From Candidatus Woesearchaeota archaeon (lineage in GTDB: Archaea; Nanobdellota; Nanobdellia; Woesearchaeales; ARS49), in the NCBI GenBank assembly GCA_038850615.1, contig JAWCLR010000001.1:16637-80636 (forward strand): a stretch of 64,000 nt of DNA, given 5' to 3'. The notes below the pieces were generated by a model, which worked only from the letters and a program-made list of their open reading frames with translations, had not been told where the DNA came from and did no database searches. This document shows positions 38,072 through 47,723 of the stretch, one piece after another (the stretch's first letter is position 1; each line of letters begins with the position of its first letter). Position numbers and translations under genes: made by a program.

Positions 38072-40294
38072 GTGATATTTTGCATGCTCGTGTCTGGCTT
38101 TTCGCCTAGGCTGTATCAGGAAACGATTCTTGCCACTGCAGCAACCAAGAACACTCTTGTTGTTTTGCCAACAGGGATGGGTAAGACTGCGATTGCTTTT
38201 ATGCTTGCCGCACAGAGGCTTCAGCATTTTCCTTTGTCAAAGATTGTTGTTCTTGCGCCAACAAAGCCTTTGGCAGAACAGCACTTGCAGTCGTTCAAGG
38301 AGCACTTGCAGCTTCCTGAGGAAATGTTTGTTTTGTTCACGGGTGAAGTGCCTCCTGCAAAAAGGCAAGAGTTGTGGAAGACGGCAAGGCTGGTTTTTAC
38401 GACACCGCAGGGGCTTGAGAATGACGTGCTTGGCTCAAAGATTTCTCTTGAGGATGTTTCATTGGTGGTTTTTGATGAGGCGCACAGGGCAACGGGAGAT
38501 TACAGTTATAACTTCATAGCAAAACAATATCATGAAAAGGCAAAACATCCAAGGATTCTCGGCCTCACAGCGTCTCCTGGTTCTGACGTTCTTAAGATTG
38601 AGGAAGTGTGCAAGAACTTGTTCATTGAGGCTGTTGAAATCCGCACTGATTCTGACCCTGACGTGCGCCAGTATGTGAAAGAAACAGAAATAAAATGGAT
38701 TAAGGTGCCCTTGCCTGCTGAGTTTCTTGATGTTAAGAAATATCTTGAGTTGTGCATAAAGAGCAAGCTCGCTTCTTTGAGAGAGCTTGGTGTTGCAAAG
38801 CCTGTTGATTATTTTAGCAAGAAAGATCTTCTTAGCCTGCAGGCAGAACTGCATGCAAAACTTGCTGCTGGTGAGCGTGGCTTTGAGACAATGAGGGCTT
38901 TGTCATTGGCAGCAGAGGCAATGAAGGTCCAGCACGCTTTGGAATTGTTGGAAAGCCAGGGAAGCACTGCCTTGTACAAGTACCTTGAAAAATTAATGTC
39001 AGAAGCAGAAACGAGTAAAGTCAAAGCTGTCAAGAATCTTGTCAAGGACTTGAACTTTCGTTCTGCATATGTCAAGACGCAGAAACTTGTTGATGAAAAA
39101 ATAGAGCACCCAAAGCTCGCAGTGGCAAGAGGAATAATTGCAAAAGAAATTGCTGAGAACAAGCATGCCAAGATTCTTCTTTTTACGCAGTTCAGGGACA
39201 GCGCTGTAAAAATCAAGGAAGAGATTGAGAAAGCAGAGGGTGTTGTTCCTGCGATTTTTGTCGGCCAGGCAAAGAAAGGCAACACCGGTCTCAGCCAGAA
39301 AAAGCAGGTTGAACTTATTGAGCAGTTCAAGGATGGGCTTTACAATGTTTTGATTTGCACAAGCGTGGCAGAAGAAGGATTGGACATTCCTCGTGTTGAT
39401 CTTGTTGTTTTTTACGAGCCAATTCCTTCTGCAATAAGGACAATCCAGCGCAGAGGCCGCACAGGACGGCAGGAAAAAGGCAAGGTTGTCGTCCTTATGG
39501 CTCAAAACACAAGGGATGAGGGCTACAGGTGGAGCGCGCACCATAAGGAAAGGCGGATGCACAGGATCCTTGATGATTTGAGAAAGGACTTGAAAAGACG
39601 CTTTGCGCACCCGTTGATGAGGTATGAAAAGCCAGAACAGCCGGCAATTGTTTTTGCTGACTACCGCGAAAAAGGCTCTGGAGTCCTGAAAGAGCTTGTT
39701 AATCTTGGAGTATCATTAAAGCTTGAAATGCTCCAGGTCGCTGACTATGTGCTCTCACCGAGGTGCGCTGTTGAGTTCAAGACTGTTGAGGACTTTGCGC
39801 AGTCAATTATTGATGGCAGGCTCCTTGAACAATTGAAGCAGATAAAGCAACATTATGACCGTCCTGTGATTATTGTTGAGGGTTCACAGGACCTGTTTAA
39901 GGTAAGGAATATCCACCCTAATGCAATCCGCGGAATGCTCGCAACAATCGCTGTCAGCTATGGCATCCCAATAATTTACACAAAGGACGCAAAGGATACT
40001 GCTGCTCAATTGTTGGCTATTGCAAGGCGTGAGCAGGAATTCCAGAAGGAAACATTTCAGCCTCATGCAGAAAAGCCAGCAGCGACATTGCAGGAGCAGC
40101 AGGAATACATTGTTTCAAGCCTGCCAAATGTTGGCTTGAATCTTGCAAAAGAACTTCTTAAGCATTTTAAGTCTGTAAAAGGAATAGTCAACGCTTCAGA
40201 AGAGGAGTTGAAAAAGGTTGAGGGTATTGGCGAAAAGAAGGCAAAATCAATCAAGGATGCTGTGGAGAAGGAGTATCAGGAAAAATTGCGATAA
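38072..40294 (+). CDS. hef: Hef-type helicase-nuclease (SF2 helicase + ERCC4 nuclease + HhH2)
   Basis: 740 aa. Helicase motif I LPTGMGKT and DEAH box VVFDEAHRA. ERCC4 domain VADYVLSPRCAVEFKTVEDF...VIIVEGSQD. C-terminal HhH LPNVGLNLAKELLKHFKSVKGIVNASEEELKKVEGIGEKKA. Confidence 0.85.
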   Translation: MIFCMLVSGFSPRLYQETILATAATKNTLVVLPTGMGKTAIAFMLAAQRLQHFPLSKIVVLAPTKPLAEQHLQSFKEHLQLPEEMFVLFTGEVPPAKRQELWKTARLVFTTPQGLENDVLGSKISLEDVSLVVFDEAHRATGDYSYNFIAKQYHEKAKHPRILGLTASPGSDVLKIEEVCKNLFIEAVEIRTDSDPDVRQYVKETEIKWIKVPLPAEFLDVKKYLELCIKSKLASLRELGVAKPVDYFSKKDLLSLQAELHAKLAAGERGFETMRALSLAAEAMKVQHALELLESQGSTALYKYLEKLMSEAETSKVKAVKNLVKDLNFRSAYVKTQKLVDEKIEHPKLAVARGIIAKEIAENKHAKILLFTQFRDSAVKIKEEIEKAEGVVPAIFVGQAKKGNTGLSQKKQVELIEQFKDGLYNVLICTSVAEEGLDIPRVDLVVFYEPIPSAIRTIQRRGRTGRQEKGKVVVLMAQNTRDEGYRWSAHHKERRMHRILDDLRKDLKRRFAHPLMRYEKPEQPAIVFADYREKGSGVLKELVNLGVSLKLEMLQVADYVLSPRCAVEFKTVEDFAQSIIDGRLLEQLKQIKQHYDRPVIIVEGSQDLFKVRNIHPNAIRGMLATIAVSYGIPIIYTKDAKDTAAQLLAIARREQEFQKETFQPHAEKPAATLQEQQEYIVSSLPNVGLNLAKELLKHFKSVKGIVNASEEELKKVEGIGEKKAKSIKDAVEKEYQEKLR

Positions 40295-40324
40295 TTTTGT
40301 CCCTCTGCTTTCCAAGGGCATGAC

Positions 40325-40768
40325 ATGGACTTAAAGCGCAAGGAAAAGATTAATCCAGAAAAATATTATGCAGATGCAAGTATTTGGATTGATATTTACG
40401 AAGACAGAAAAGGATATAATAATGAGCTGTTTGGCGATTATGCGCTCAAGTTTTTCCCAATCCTGAAAGCACAAGGCAAAACATTGGTGATTACAGACAT
40501 TTTGTTGAAAGAACTGGAGTCATTTTATTCTTTAGAAGAAATAAAGGGAATGATAAAACCCTTCGAGAAAATAATCGCGCGCATTATATCAACAAAATCA
40601 CAGCGTGAAGAAGCGCGCTCAATCGCAAAAGAACGCCAGATTCCTCCGGGCGACGTATTGCATGCAATCCTGGCAAGAGCCAACAAGCTCATTCTTATCA
40701 CAAGGGACAATCATTTCAGAAAGCTTGCAGACCTTGCTGAACATTACCTACCTGAAGAACTGATTTAA
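40325..40768 (+). CDS. PIN-domain protein (VapC-like nuclease)
   Basis: 147 aa. YADASIWIDIY... N-terminal Asp. ...ITDILLKELE... and ...ITRDNHFRKL acidic residues at PIN positions. Confidence 0.6.
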   Translation: MDLKRKEKINPEKYYADASIWIDIYEDRKGYNNELFGDYALKFFPILKAQGKTLVITDILLKELESFYSLEEIKGMIKPFEKIIARIISTKSQREEARSIAKERQIPPGDVLHAILARANKLILITRDNHFRKLADLAEHYLPEELI

Positions 40769-41013
40769 CCGAGCTTCTCAAACGCGGTTCTGCGCACTTT
40801 TTCGTATTCTTCTGCGCTGATTTTTTTCCTGGCTGCACCTTTCAAATGCGCAATTTCAAGCATTGCCTTTTTCATTTTTATCTCATCAAGCTTTTCCCGC
40901 AGTGCATTCCTGATAAACTCAGTTCTGTTCTGATAGCCCTCTTTCTCAACAACATCATCAACTGCCTTAAGGAACTTGTCCTCAAGCTTCAGCGTAATCA
41001 TCTCCGTAGCCAT
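40765..41013 (-). CDS. ribbon-helix-helix (CopG/NikR-like) DNA-binding protein
   Basis: 82 aa. MATEMITLKLEDKFLKAVDDVVEKEGYQNRTEFIRNALREKL is an RHH fold signature. Convergent 4-nt overlap with the PIN gene. Confidence 0.6.
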   Translation of the reverse strand: MATEMITLKLEDKFLKAVDDVVEKEGYQNRTEFIRNALREKLDEIKMKKAMLEIAHLKGAARKKISAEEYEKVRRTAFEKLG

Positions 41014-41229
41014 ATAGCCAGAGTATATGCTTTGAATATATAAGCTTTGCGGAAGAAACGTAAGAAATCAACTTTAAAGTGAACGGTTATAAGCTAAAAA
41101 TATTTTGTTTTTCTTTTATGAACAAGAACTGGTATTTGCTCGCAGGCATTTTTGTAATACTTGCAGGCCTTGTACGGAATCAGTCTTTTACTTTTGATAA
41201 TCAAGTTTATTGTGGATAGAATGCGTTAA

Positions 41230-42078
41230 TCAAACTTTTAATTCTTGCAATCTCTTTATTCGTTCCTGTGTTGGTGGGTGGGTGCTGAAGAGTGCAACAA
41301 GCCCCCTTGCGCTGAACGGGTTCACGATGAACAATGAGCTTGTTGTTGGGTTGCCTCCGCGCATGGGATAAGCCCTGCATCCGTGCTCTAGTTTGCTTAA
41401 TGCGCTTGCGAGTGCCTGCGGGTCCTTTATTGTGCGCGCTCCTGTTGCGTCAGCGTGGTACTCTCTTGCTCTTGAGATTGCGAGCTGGATTATCAACGCG
41501 ATTATTGGCGCGAGTATTGACATTACTAGGAGTCCCAAGAGTTTGCCCATGTTGTTGTTCCTGTCGTTTCCTCCACTGAACAGGGCTGCAAATCTTGCCA
41601 TGTACGCCAAGTAAGAGATTATTGCTGCCATTGTCGCTGCTATTGTTGAGATTAGCATGTCCCTGTTTTTCACGTGAGCCATTTCGTGCGCCAAAACTCC
41701 TTTGAGTTCCTTGTCGTTAAGCAAGTGCAGTATTCCTTCTGTGACAGCAACCGCTGCTTTTTTTGGTGATGGTCCTGTTGCAAACGCGTTTGGTGTTGGT
41801 GTTGGTATTATGTAGAGCGCGGGTTTTGGCATTCCTGCCTTGTGGCTAATGTCTTCAATCATGTGGTGGAGTTTTGGATACTCGCTCTTCTTTGCAGGCC
41901 TTGCCCTGTACATCAAAAGCACAAGCTTGTGTGAGAAAAAGAACATTCCAAAATTCATGAGCACTGCAAATGCCAGCGCTATTGTCAGTCCTGACGTGCC
42001 TCCGAAAAAGTATCCTATGCCAAGGACTAAGCCGGTCATTAATCCCAACAATAGTACAGTCTTAATCTGGTTCCACAT
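41230..42078 (-). CDS. htpX: HtpX-like M48 zinc metalloprotease
   Basis: 282 aa. TM helices. HEMAHVKNRD (HExxH). Downstream E for third ligand. Confidence 0.85.
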   Translation of the reverse strand: MWNQIKTVLLLGLMTGLVLGIGYFFGGTSGLTIALAFAVLMNFGMFFFSHKLVLLMYRARPAKKSEYPKLHHMIEDISHKAGMPKPALYIIPTPTPNAFATGPSPKKAAVAVTEGILHLLNDKELKGVLAHEMAHVKNRDMLISTIAATMAAIISYLAYMARFAALFSGGNDRNNNMGKLLGLLVMSILAPIIALIIQLAISRAREYHADATGARTIKDPQALASALSKLEHGCRAYPMRGGNPTTSSLFIVNPFSARGLVALFSTHPPTQERIKRLQELKV

Positions 42079-42102
42079 AGTTCTAGCACACTTTTTTGGG
42101 GT

Positions 42103-42468
42103 TTAAATAGGTTGTGAATTTTGCCTTTGCACGTAATTATACAGCCCTTCAATCTGCCTCAGGTCTGTCTCCTTGAACAAATAATTTCTGAACTTGTCGT
42201 TGATTTTTACGCCGTGCTTTTGAAGCTCTGAGCGAAGGATGGAATAAAGTTTTTTTCCTTCTTTGTCAAGGTCTGTCAGAATCATGCATTCGCGCGTAAG
42301 TTTTGCTACGAGCTCAACCACTTTGTACAACGGCTTTCCGCGAAGTGAAATCACGTTTTCCAATCCGAGCCTGCGCAATGATGCCTTGTCTTTCCATCCT
42401 TCCACTATTATGAATGGTTGTTCTTCTACTAACTTGTCAATCCACTGGTCAAGTTCGTTCATTGACAT
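42103..42468 (-). CDS. small TOPRIM-domain protein
   Basis: 121 aa. FIIVEGWKDKASLRRLG and ILTDLDKEGKKL (TOPRIM E and DxD). Divergent from the primase gene. Confidence 0.6.
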   Translation of the reverse strand: MSMNELDQWIDKLVEEQPFIIVEGWKDKASLRRLGLENVISLRGKPLYKVVELVAKLTRECMILTDLDKEGKKLYSILRSELQKHGVKINDKFRNYLFKETDLRQIEGLYNYVQRQNSQPI

Positions 42469-42510
42469 AAACTATATATAGGAAGTTCTTAAGCATTCTG
42501 GCGGGGGAGT

Positions 42511-43863
42511 ATGATTCATTTAAGCACGCTGTTAAAGCATTACAAGCGAAGGGATATTCAGGAGGAAATCATTGAAGCAGCAAAGGACAAGGAGGTTGCT
42601 GTCAAGTATGGCGACAAGGGTTTTGGAAAGCGGCCTGATGTTCTCCAGCACGAGAAGGACGTTCTTGAATTTGCAAAGAATGGTGCCACAAGTTTTCATT
42701 GTTCAGAGGAGTTGTGGCATAATCCATTGCAGTTGGAGATCGGGATGAAGAAGCAGGAGCTTGACGCTCTCAGGAAAGGCTGGGATTTGGTTCTTGACGT
42801 TGACTGCCCTTGGCTTGAGTACTCGCAGATTGCTGCAGACCTTCTCGTGCATGCATTAAGATATCACGGCATTGAGCATCTCGGCGTGAAATTCTCAGGC
42901 AATCACGGGTTTCACATTGCCGTGCCTTTTGAGGCATTGCCTGAAAAGGTTCACAACAAGGATACAAGGCTTTTGTTTCCTGATGGTCCGAGGAAAATTG
43001 CGGTTTATTTGCAAGAGATGATTCGCAATCATTTGTCATCGAGAATTCTTGAAGGCGAAAACATAAGCCAAATTATGGCAAAGACAGGTATGAAAAAAGA
43101 GGGGTTGCTTAAGAAAGGTTTTTTTGATCCTTTTGCGCTGTTGAAGATTGACACGGTGCTCATCTCGAGTAGGCACATGTACAGGATGCCTTATTCCTTC
43201 AACGAGAAATCAGGACTGATCTCGATTCCGATTAATCCCAAGAAAATTTTGGAGTTTGACAAAAACATGGCTGTTGCTGAAAGAGTAAGCGTTGAGCATT
43301 CCTTCCTTCCACGAAAACAAGTGAATGCGGGAGAAGCTAGCAAGCTTTTGATTCAGGCATTTGATTTTCACCCGCCTGCAAACAGTCTGATCGAAGCGCC
43401 AAAATCATTAAGGCAGAAGGAAGAATTCTCAGTGCCATTGCAGGCAGTTCCCGAGCAGTACTTCCCGCCTTGTATACAAAACATAAGCAAAGGGCTGAGT
43501 GATGGAAGGAAGCGCGCTGCGTTTTTGCTTATCAATTTTCTCTCAAGTCTTGGATGGAATTATGAACAGATAGAATCTTACTTGAGAAGTTGGAACAGCA
43601 GAAATCCCGAACCTTTGAGGGAGCAGTATTATCTTGGGCAGTTGCGTTATCATCAGCAACAGAAAAAGCAGGTATTGCCGCCAAATTGCTCCAACAAGGC
43701 GTATATGGCAGGGATGGGGGTGTGCAAGCCGGACTCATTCTGTGGGGCACGTGGAGACCCTTTATCGCAGGACTTCTCTGCAAAAATCAAGAACCCTGTC
43801 AATTACGCTCTTAAAAAACAAAGGTTAGCCAGTTTAACAAAAAAATCAAAAAAAGGAGAATAA
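42511..43863 (+). CDS. priS: DNA primase, PriS catalytic domain fused to PriL-CTD-like Fe-S module
   Basis: 450 aa. LVLDVDCP (DxD). FSGNHGFHIAV (SGxRGxH-type). RHMYRMPYSFNEKSG. C-terminal about 110 aa with 4 Cys (PPCIQN...PPNCSN...GVCKPDSFCG). Confidence 0.8.
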   Translation: MIHLSTLLKHYKRRDIQEEIIEAAKDKEVAVKYGDKGFGKRPDVLQHEKDVLEFAKNGATSFHCSEELWHNPLQLEIGMKKQELDALRKGWDLVLDVDCPWLEYSQIAADLLVHALRYHGIEHLGVKFSGNHGFHIAVPFEALPEKVHNKDTRLLFPDGPRKIAVYLQEMIRNHLSSRILEGENISQIMAKTGMKKEGLLKKGFFDPFALLKIDTVLISSRHMYRMPYSFNEKSGLISIPINPKKILEFDKNMAVAERVSVEHSFLPRKQVNAGEASKLLIQAFDFHPPANSLIEAPKSLRQKEEFSVPLQAVPEQYFPPCIQNISKGLSDGRKRAAFLLINFLSSLGWNYEQIESYLRSWNSRNPEPLREQYYLGQLRYHQQQKKQVLPPNCSNKAYMAGMGVCKPDSFCGARGDPLSQDFSAKIKNPVNYALKKQRLASLTKKSKKGE

Positions 43864-44083
43864 GTTAAATAGTTTAACTCCTTCATTCCAGCTCGACAGC
43901 AAGCTTTATAAACACCCCTCTAAAACTCAGCTTTATCTGACTAGCCTGAAAAGGAGTTTTTCAGTACATCGTCAGTAAAGTGGGACAACTGGCTTCTACG
44001 AAAACTCCGCAAAAGGCGTTTTGTCGGAATGAGGTGCGGTAATTCTATCGCACCAGGAAACAAAACAAGAGAGAAAAGGCTCT

Positions 44084-45058
44084 ATGCCGCGCGTAAGACA
44101 ACCAAGAAGGGGATCAATGCAATATTGGCCGCGAAAGCGTGCTAGTTCCACCCATGCTTCCATAAGGACATGGAATCCCACAAAGGATGCAAAGCCCCTT
44201 GGTTTTGCCGGCTACAAGGCAGGCATGACCCACCTGATTGTTACCGACAACAAGGCGACAAGTGCCACAAAGGGCGAGCCGATTGTGATGCCGGTGACAG
44301 TCGTTGAATGCCCGCCCTTAAAGGTTGCTGGCATCTGCTGTTACCGGCTCCACAACAACCGCCTTGTTCTTTCAACGCAGGTCTGGGCTGACAAGCTTGA
44401 AAAGGATCTTTCGCGCGTTCTTCCGATTCCCAAAAAAACAAAGACAAAAATTGCTGACATTAAGCCAGAGGATTACAAGGAATTCCGGCTGCTTGTCCAC
44501 ACGCAGCCAAGGCTTTCAGGGCTCAAGAAGACGCCTGAAGTATTTGAAATTGGCATTGGTGGCGATGCAAAGCAGCAATTGGAATACGCCAAGGGCATCC
44601 TCGGAAAAGACCTAAAGATCACAGACGTCTTCGCAGCAGGACAGCAAGTAGACAGCCATTCAATAAGCAAGGGAAAGGGGTTGCAAGGTCCTGTCAAGCG
44701 CTTTGGAGTTTCAATAAGGTCACATAAGTCAGAAAAGACAAAGCGAGGCCCAGGGGCCCTTGGGCCATGGCATGGCAACCTCAATTGGCCTGTTGCGCAC
44801 GCTGGCCAGATGGGCTACCATCAGCGCACAGAATACAATAAATGGATCTTGCAGATTGGCGATGATCCTACAAAAATCAATCCTGCAGGCGGATTTCTCC
44901 ATTACGGCAACATCACTTCGCCATACGTTCTTATCAAGGGTTCTGTTGCAGGTCCTGCAAAAAGACTCATCAAGCTAACAACACCGTTAAGGCCCAACAA
45001 GCACATTCCAAGGGAGGCACCGGGTATAACGCACATCAGCGTTTCCTCAAAGCAATAA
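44084..45058 (+). CDS. rpl3: 50S ribosomal protein L3 (uL3)
   Basis: MPRVRQPRRGSMQYWPRKRA is the archaeal uL3 N-terminus. 324 aa. First gene of the cluster. TATA-like CTTTATAAAC at about 43905. Confidence 0.9.
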   Translation: MPRVRQPRRGSMQYWPRKRASSTHASIRTWNPTKDAKPLGFAGYKAGMTHLIVTDNKATSATKGEPIVMPVTVVECPPLKVAGICCYRLHNNRLVLSTQVWADKLEKDLSRVLPIPKKTKTKIADIKPEDYKEFRLLVHTQPRLSGLKKTPEVFEIGIGGDAKQQLEYAKGILGKDLKITDVFAAGQQVDSHSISKGKGLQGPVKRFGVSIRSHKSEKTKRGPGALGPWHGNLNWPVAHAGQMGYHQRTEYNKWILQIGDDPTKINPAGGFLHYGNITSPYVLIKGSVAGPAKRLIKLTTPLRPNKHIPREAPGITHISVSSKQ

Positions 45059-45059
45059 A

Positions 45060-45866
45060 ATGGACCTGACAATACGTTCGCCAACAAATGCAGAAGAGGG
45101 AAAAAAGAAGCTCCCTCCACAGTTTTCAGAACAGATAAGGCCTGACATAATAAAAAGAGCTGTGGAAGCAATTTGGAGCCATAAGCGTCAGCCTTACTCA
45201 AGCGACCCTTGTGCTGGCAAGAAAGCAAGTGCAAAGCTCTCAAGGCGCAGAAGGGATTACAGGGGCGGATATGGCCACGGCATTTCAAGGGTTCCAAGAA
45301 AAATACTGAGCAGGAATGGAACACAGATGTATTGGGTTGCGGCAAACGCACCAGGAACAGTCAAGGGTCGCAGGGCACACCCACCTGTCAGCTCAAAGAT
45401 ATGGCGACAGAAAATAAATGAAAAGGAGCGCAAAAAGGCAATCCGCAGTGCGCTTGCAGCAACAATCAGCAGGCAACACGTGATTAGCCGCGGTCATGCA
45501 GTACCTGTCAATTACCCATTCATCATAAGCAATGCATTTGAATCATTGGAAAAGACAAAGGATGTTATTGCGGCGCTTGTCAGCCTAGGACTTAAGGAGG
45601 AGCTTTCCCGCTCGGCCAAATGGAAAATCCGTTCGGGAAGAGGAAAAATGCGCGGCAGGAAATACAGGAGCGCCATAGGACCCCTTCTGGTCGTCGGAGG
45701 CCAATGCAAACTGCTAAAGGCGGCAGGCAACATTGCAGGCATTGATGTTGCAGATGCCACGCACCTCAATGCATCGCTCCTGGCGCCAGGAGCAATGCCA
45801 GGCAGACTAACACTCTTCACTGCAAACGCAATTGACAAAATCGCAAAGGAGAGGCTGTTCCAATGA
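45060..45866 (+). CDS. rpl4: 50S ribosomal protein L4 (uL4)
   Basis: 268 aa. uL4 position and motifs (GHGISRVPR). Confidence 0.85.
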   Translation: MDLTIRSPTNAEEGKKKLPPQFSEQIRPDIIKRAVEAIWSHKRQPYSSDPCAGKKASAKLSRRRRDYRGGYGHGISRVPRKILSRNGTQMYWVAANAPGTVKGRRAHPPVSSKIWRQKINEKERKKAIRSALAATISRQHVISRGHAVPVNYPFIISNAFESLEKTKDVIAALVSLGLKEELSRSAKWKIRSGRGKMRGRKYRSAIGPLLVVGGQCKLLKAAGNIAGIDVADATHLNASLLAPGAMPGRLTLFTANAIDKIAKERLFQ

Positions 45867-46129
45867 AATTCGCTGACGCAACCTCGGTTATTAAGTATCC
45901 CATTTCAAGCGAAAAGGCAATCCGACTTATGGAGGCAGAAAACAAGATGGTGTTTGCTGTTGACATAAGGGCAGGAAAGCCTGACATCAAGAGGGCTGTG
46001 GAAGAATTGTTTAAGGCAAAAGTAGTAAGCGTCAACACACTTGTCACAAAAGGGCAGAAACGGGCTTATGTGCGCTTCAGTCCTGAAACGCCCGCGATTG
46101 ACATTGCCACAAGCCTGGGGCTGATGTAA
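45863..46129 (+). CDS. rpl23: 50S ribosomal protein L23 (uL23)
   Basis: 88 aa. ...KMVFAVDIRAGKPDIKRAVEELF... Confidence 0.85.
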   Translation: MKFADATSVIKYPISSEKAIRLMEAENKMVFAVDIRAGKPDIKRAVEELFKAKVVSVNTLVTKGQKRAYVRFSPETPAIDIATSLGLM

Positions 46130-46131
46130 AA

Positions 46132-46845
46132 ATGGGAAAATCACTAATACAGCAGGCAAGGGGAAAGGGCGGTCCTGCATACCGCGCTCTCAGCTTCCGA
46201 TACAAAAGCGACTCAAAGCTGCGCGCACCAACGGAAAAGCTGTTGCAAGGTACTATTACTGACTTCGTGCACTGCCCTGGACACAGCGCACCATTGGCGG
46301 AAATAGAGTACGAAGATGGTGAGACTTGTTTGCTGATCGCCCCTGAGGGTGCAAAGATCGGCGACAAGGTATTCATTGGCGCTGGCGCAGAAATAGCTCC
46401 AGGAAACGTGCTTTCCCTAAAAGACATCCCTGAAGGGACACCTGTTTACAACATCGAGCTCCAGCCTGGAGACGGTGGAAGATTCTGCCGCAGTTCAGGG
46501 GTTTTCGCAAGAATAGTTGCAAAGACAGCCAATTATGTCACGCTCCTGCTTCCGAGCAAAAAGCTCAAGAATCTGCATGCGGACTGCCGCGCAATAGTCG
46601 GCATCGTTTCAGGTGGTGGAAGGGTAGAAAAGCCATTCCTCAAAGCAGGCACAAAACACCACAAGGCAAGGGCAAGGAACAAGCGCTACCCGCGCCAGAG
46701 CGCAGCAGCCCAAAACGCTGTTGACCATCCGTTCGGAAACAAGCGCACAAGCAGGAAGGCAAAGCAGCGTGCAGTGGGGCACTTCGCGCCGCCGGGAAGA
46801 AAGGTTGGCAAGTTCTGGCCCAAGCGCACAGGAAGGAGGAAGTAA
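46132..46845 (+). CDS. rpl2: 50S ribosomal protein L2 (uL2)
   Basis: 237 aa. ...GHSAPLAEIEYEDG... and C-terminal GGRVEKPFLKAG. Confidence 0.9.
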   Translation: MGKSLIQQARGKGGPAYRALSFRYKSDSKLRAPTEKLLQGTITDFVHCPGHSAPLAEIEYEDGETCLLIAPEGAKIGDKVFIGAGAEIAPGNVLSLKDIPEGTPVYNIELQPGDGGRFCRSSGVFARIVAKTANYVTLLLPSKKLKNLHADCRAIVGIVSGGGRVEKPFLKAGTKHHKARARNKRYPRQSAAAQNAVDHPFGNKRTSRKAKQRAVGHFAPPGRKVGKFWPKRTGRRK

Positions 46846-46848
46846 AGA

Positions 46849-47229
46849 ATGCCAAGGGAATTCATGTTCCGCGGAAAAAAACTGGACGAGCTAAAAGCAA
46901 TGGATATCCAGCAGTTCATGAATCTCCTGCCTGCAAGGGCGAGAAGGAGTCTCAAGCGCGGGCTCACCGAACAGGAAAAAATACTGCTCAAAAACCTGCG
47001 CGCAGGCGAGAAGGACCCGAAGACACACTGCAGGGACATGATAGTGCTGCCGGAAATGCTCGGCAGGCTGATAAAAATCCACAACGGCAAGGAATACGTC
47101 CCTGTGATGATAGAGCCTGAAATGCTCGGCCACAGGCTTGGTGAATTCGCGCAGACAAGGAAGAAGGTGTCGCACTCAGCGCCAGGAATCGGCGCAACCA
47201 GGTCAAGCGCGTCGCTCAGCGTGAGGTAA
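46849..47229 (+). CDS. rps19: 30S ribosomal protein S19 (uS19)
   Basis: 126 aa. ...IKIHNGKEYVPVMIEPEMLGHRLGEFA... Confidence 0.9.
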   Translation: MPREFMFRGKKLDELKAMDIQQFMNLLPARARRSLKRGLTEQEKILLKNLRAGEKDPKTHCRDMIVLPEMLGRLIKIHNGKEYVPVMIEPEMLGHRLGEFAQTRKKVSHSAPGIGATRSSASLSVR

Positions 47230-47234
47230 AGATA

Positions 47235-47723
47235 ATGACAACGTACCATTACACAACCAAAGCATCTGCAAATGAGGCAAAGGCGGTCGGGATAGCCCTG
47301 CCTGTCTCTTACAAGCAATCCTACGAGGTTGCTAAATTCATTCGTGGAAAGAATGTGCAGCTCGCCAAGAAAATGCTTGAGGATGTCATAGCGATGAGAA
47401 GGCCTGTACCGATGACGAGATTCCACCGCGACACAGGGCACAAGCACGGGATGGCTGCAGGCAGGTTCCCCATAAACACCTGTACGCACATCCTAAAGCT
47501 GATTAAGAATGCAGAATCAAATGCACAATTCAAGGGGCTCAGCACAGCCAACCTGATTGTCAGACACGTGGCAGCCCAGCGCGGACCCACAAGCTTCCGC
47601 TATGGCAGGCACAGGCGGAGGCAAGCAAAGCGCGCGCATATTGAGATAATCCTCAGGGAGGAATTCCCACGGGGCAAAGAAGCAGAAAAAAAAGCATTTG
47701 AACAGAAAGGAGCAAAGAAATGA
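47235..47723 (+). CDS. rpl22: 50S ribosomal protein L22 (uL22)
   Basis: 162 aa. uL22 position and KxAxKxxxRG pattern. Confidence 0.85.
   Translation: MTTYHYTTKASANEAKAVGIALPVSYKQSYEVAKFIRGKNVQLAKKMLEDVIAMRRPVPMTRFHRDTGHKHGMAAGRFPINTCTHILKLIKNAESNAQFKGLSTANLIVRHVAAQRGPTSFRYGRHRRRQAKRAHIEIILREEFPRGKEAEKKAFEQKGAKK

Noticed and set aside
38809-39610. Minus-strand ORFs inside hef
   Set aside because: Antisense to a well-supported helicase gene.
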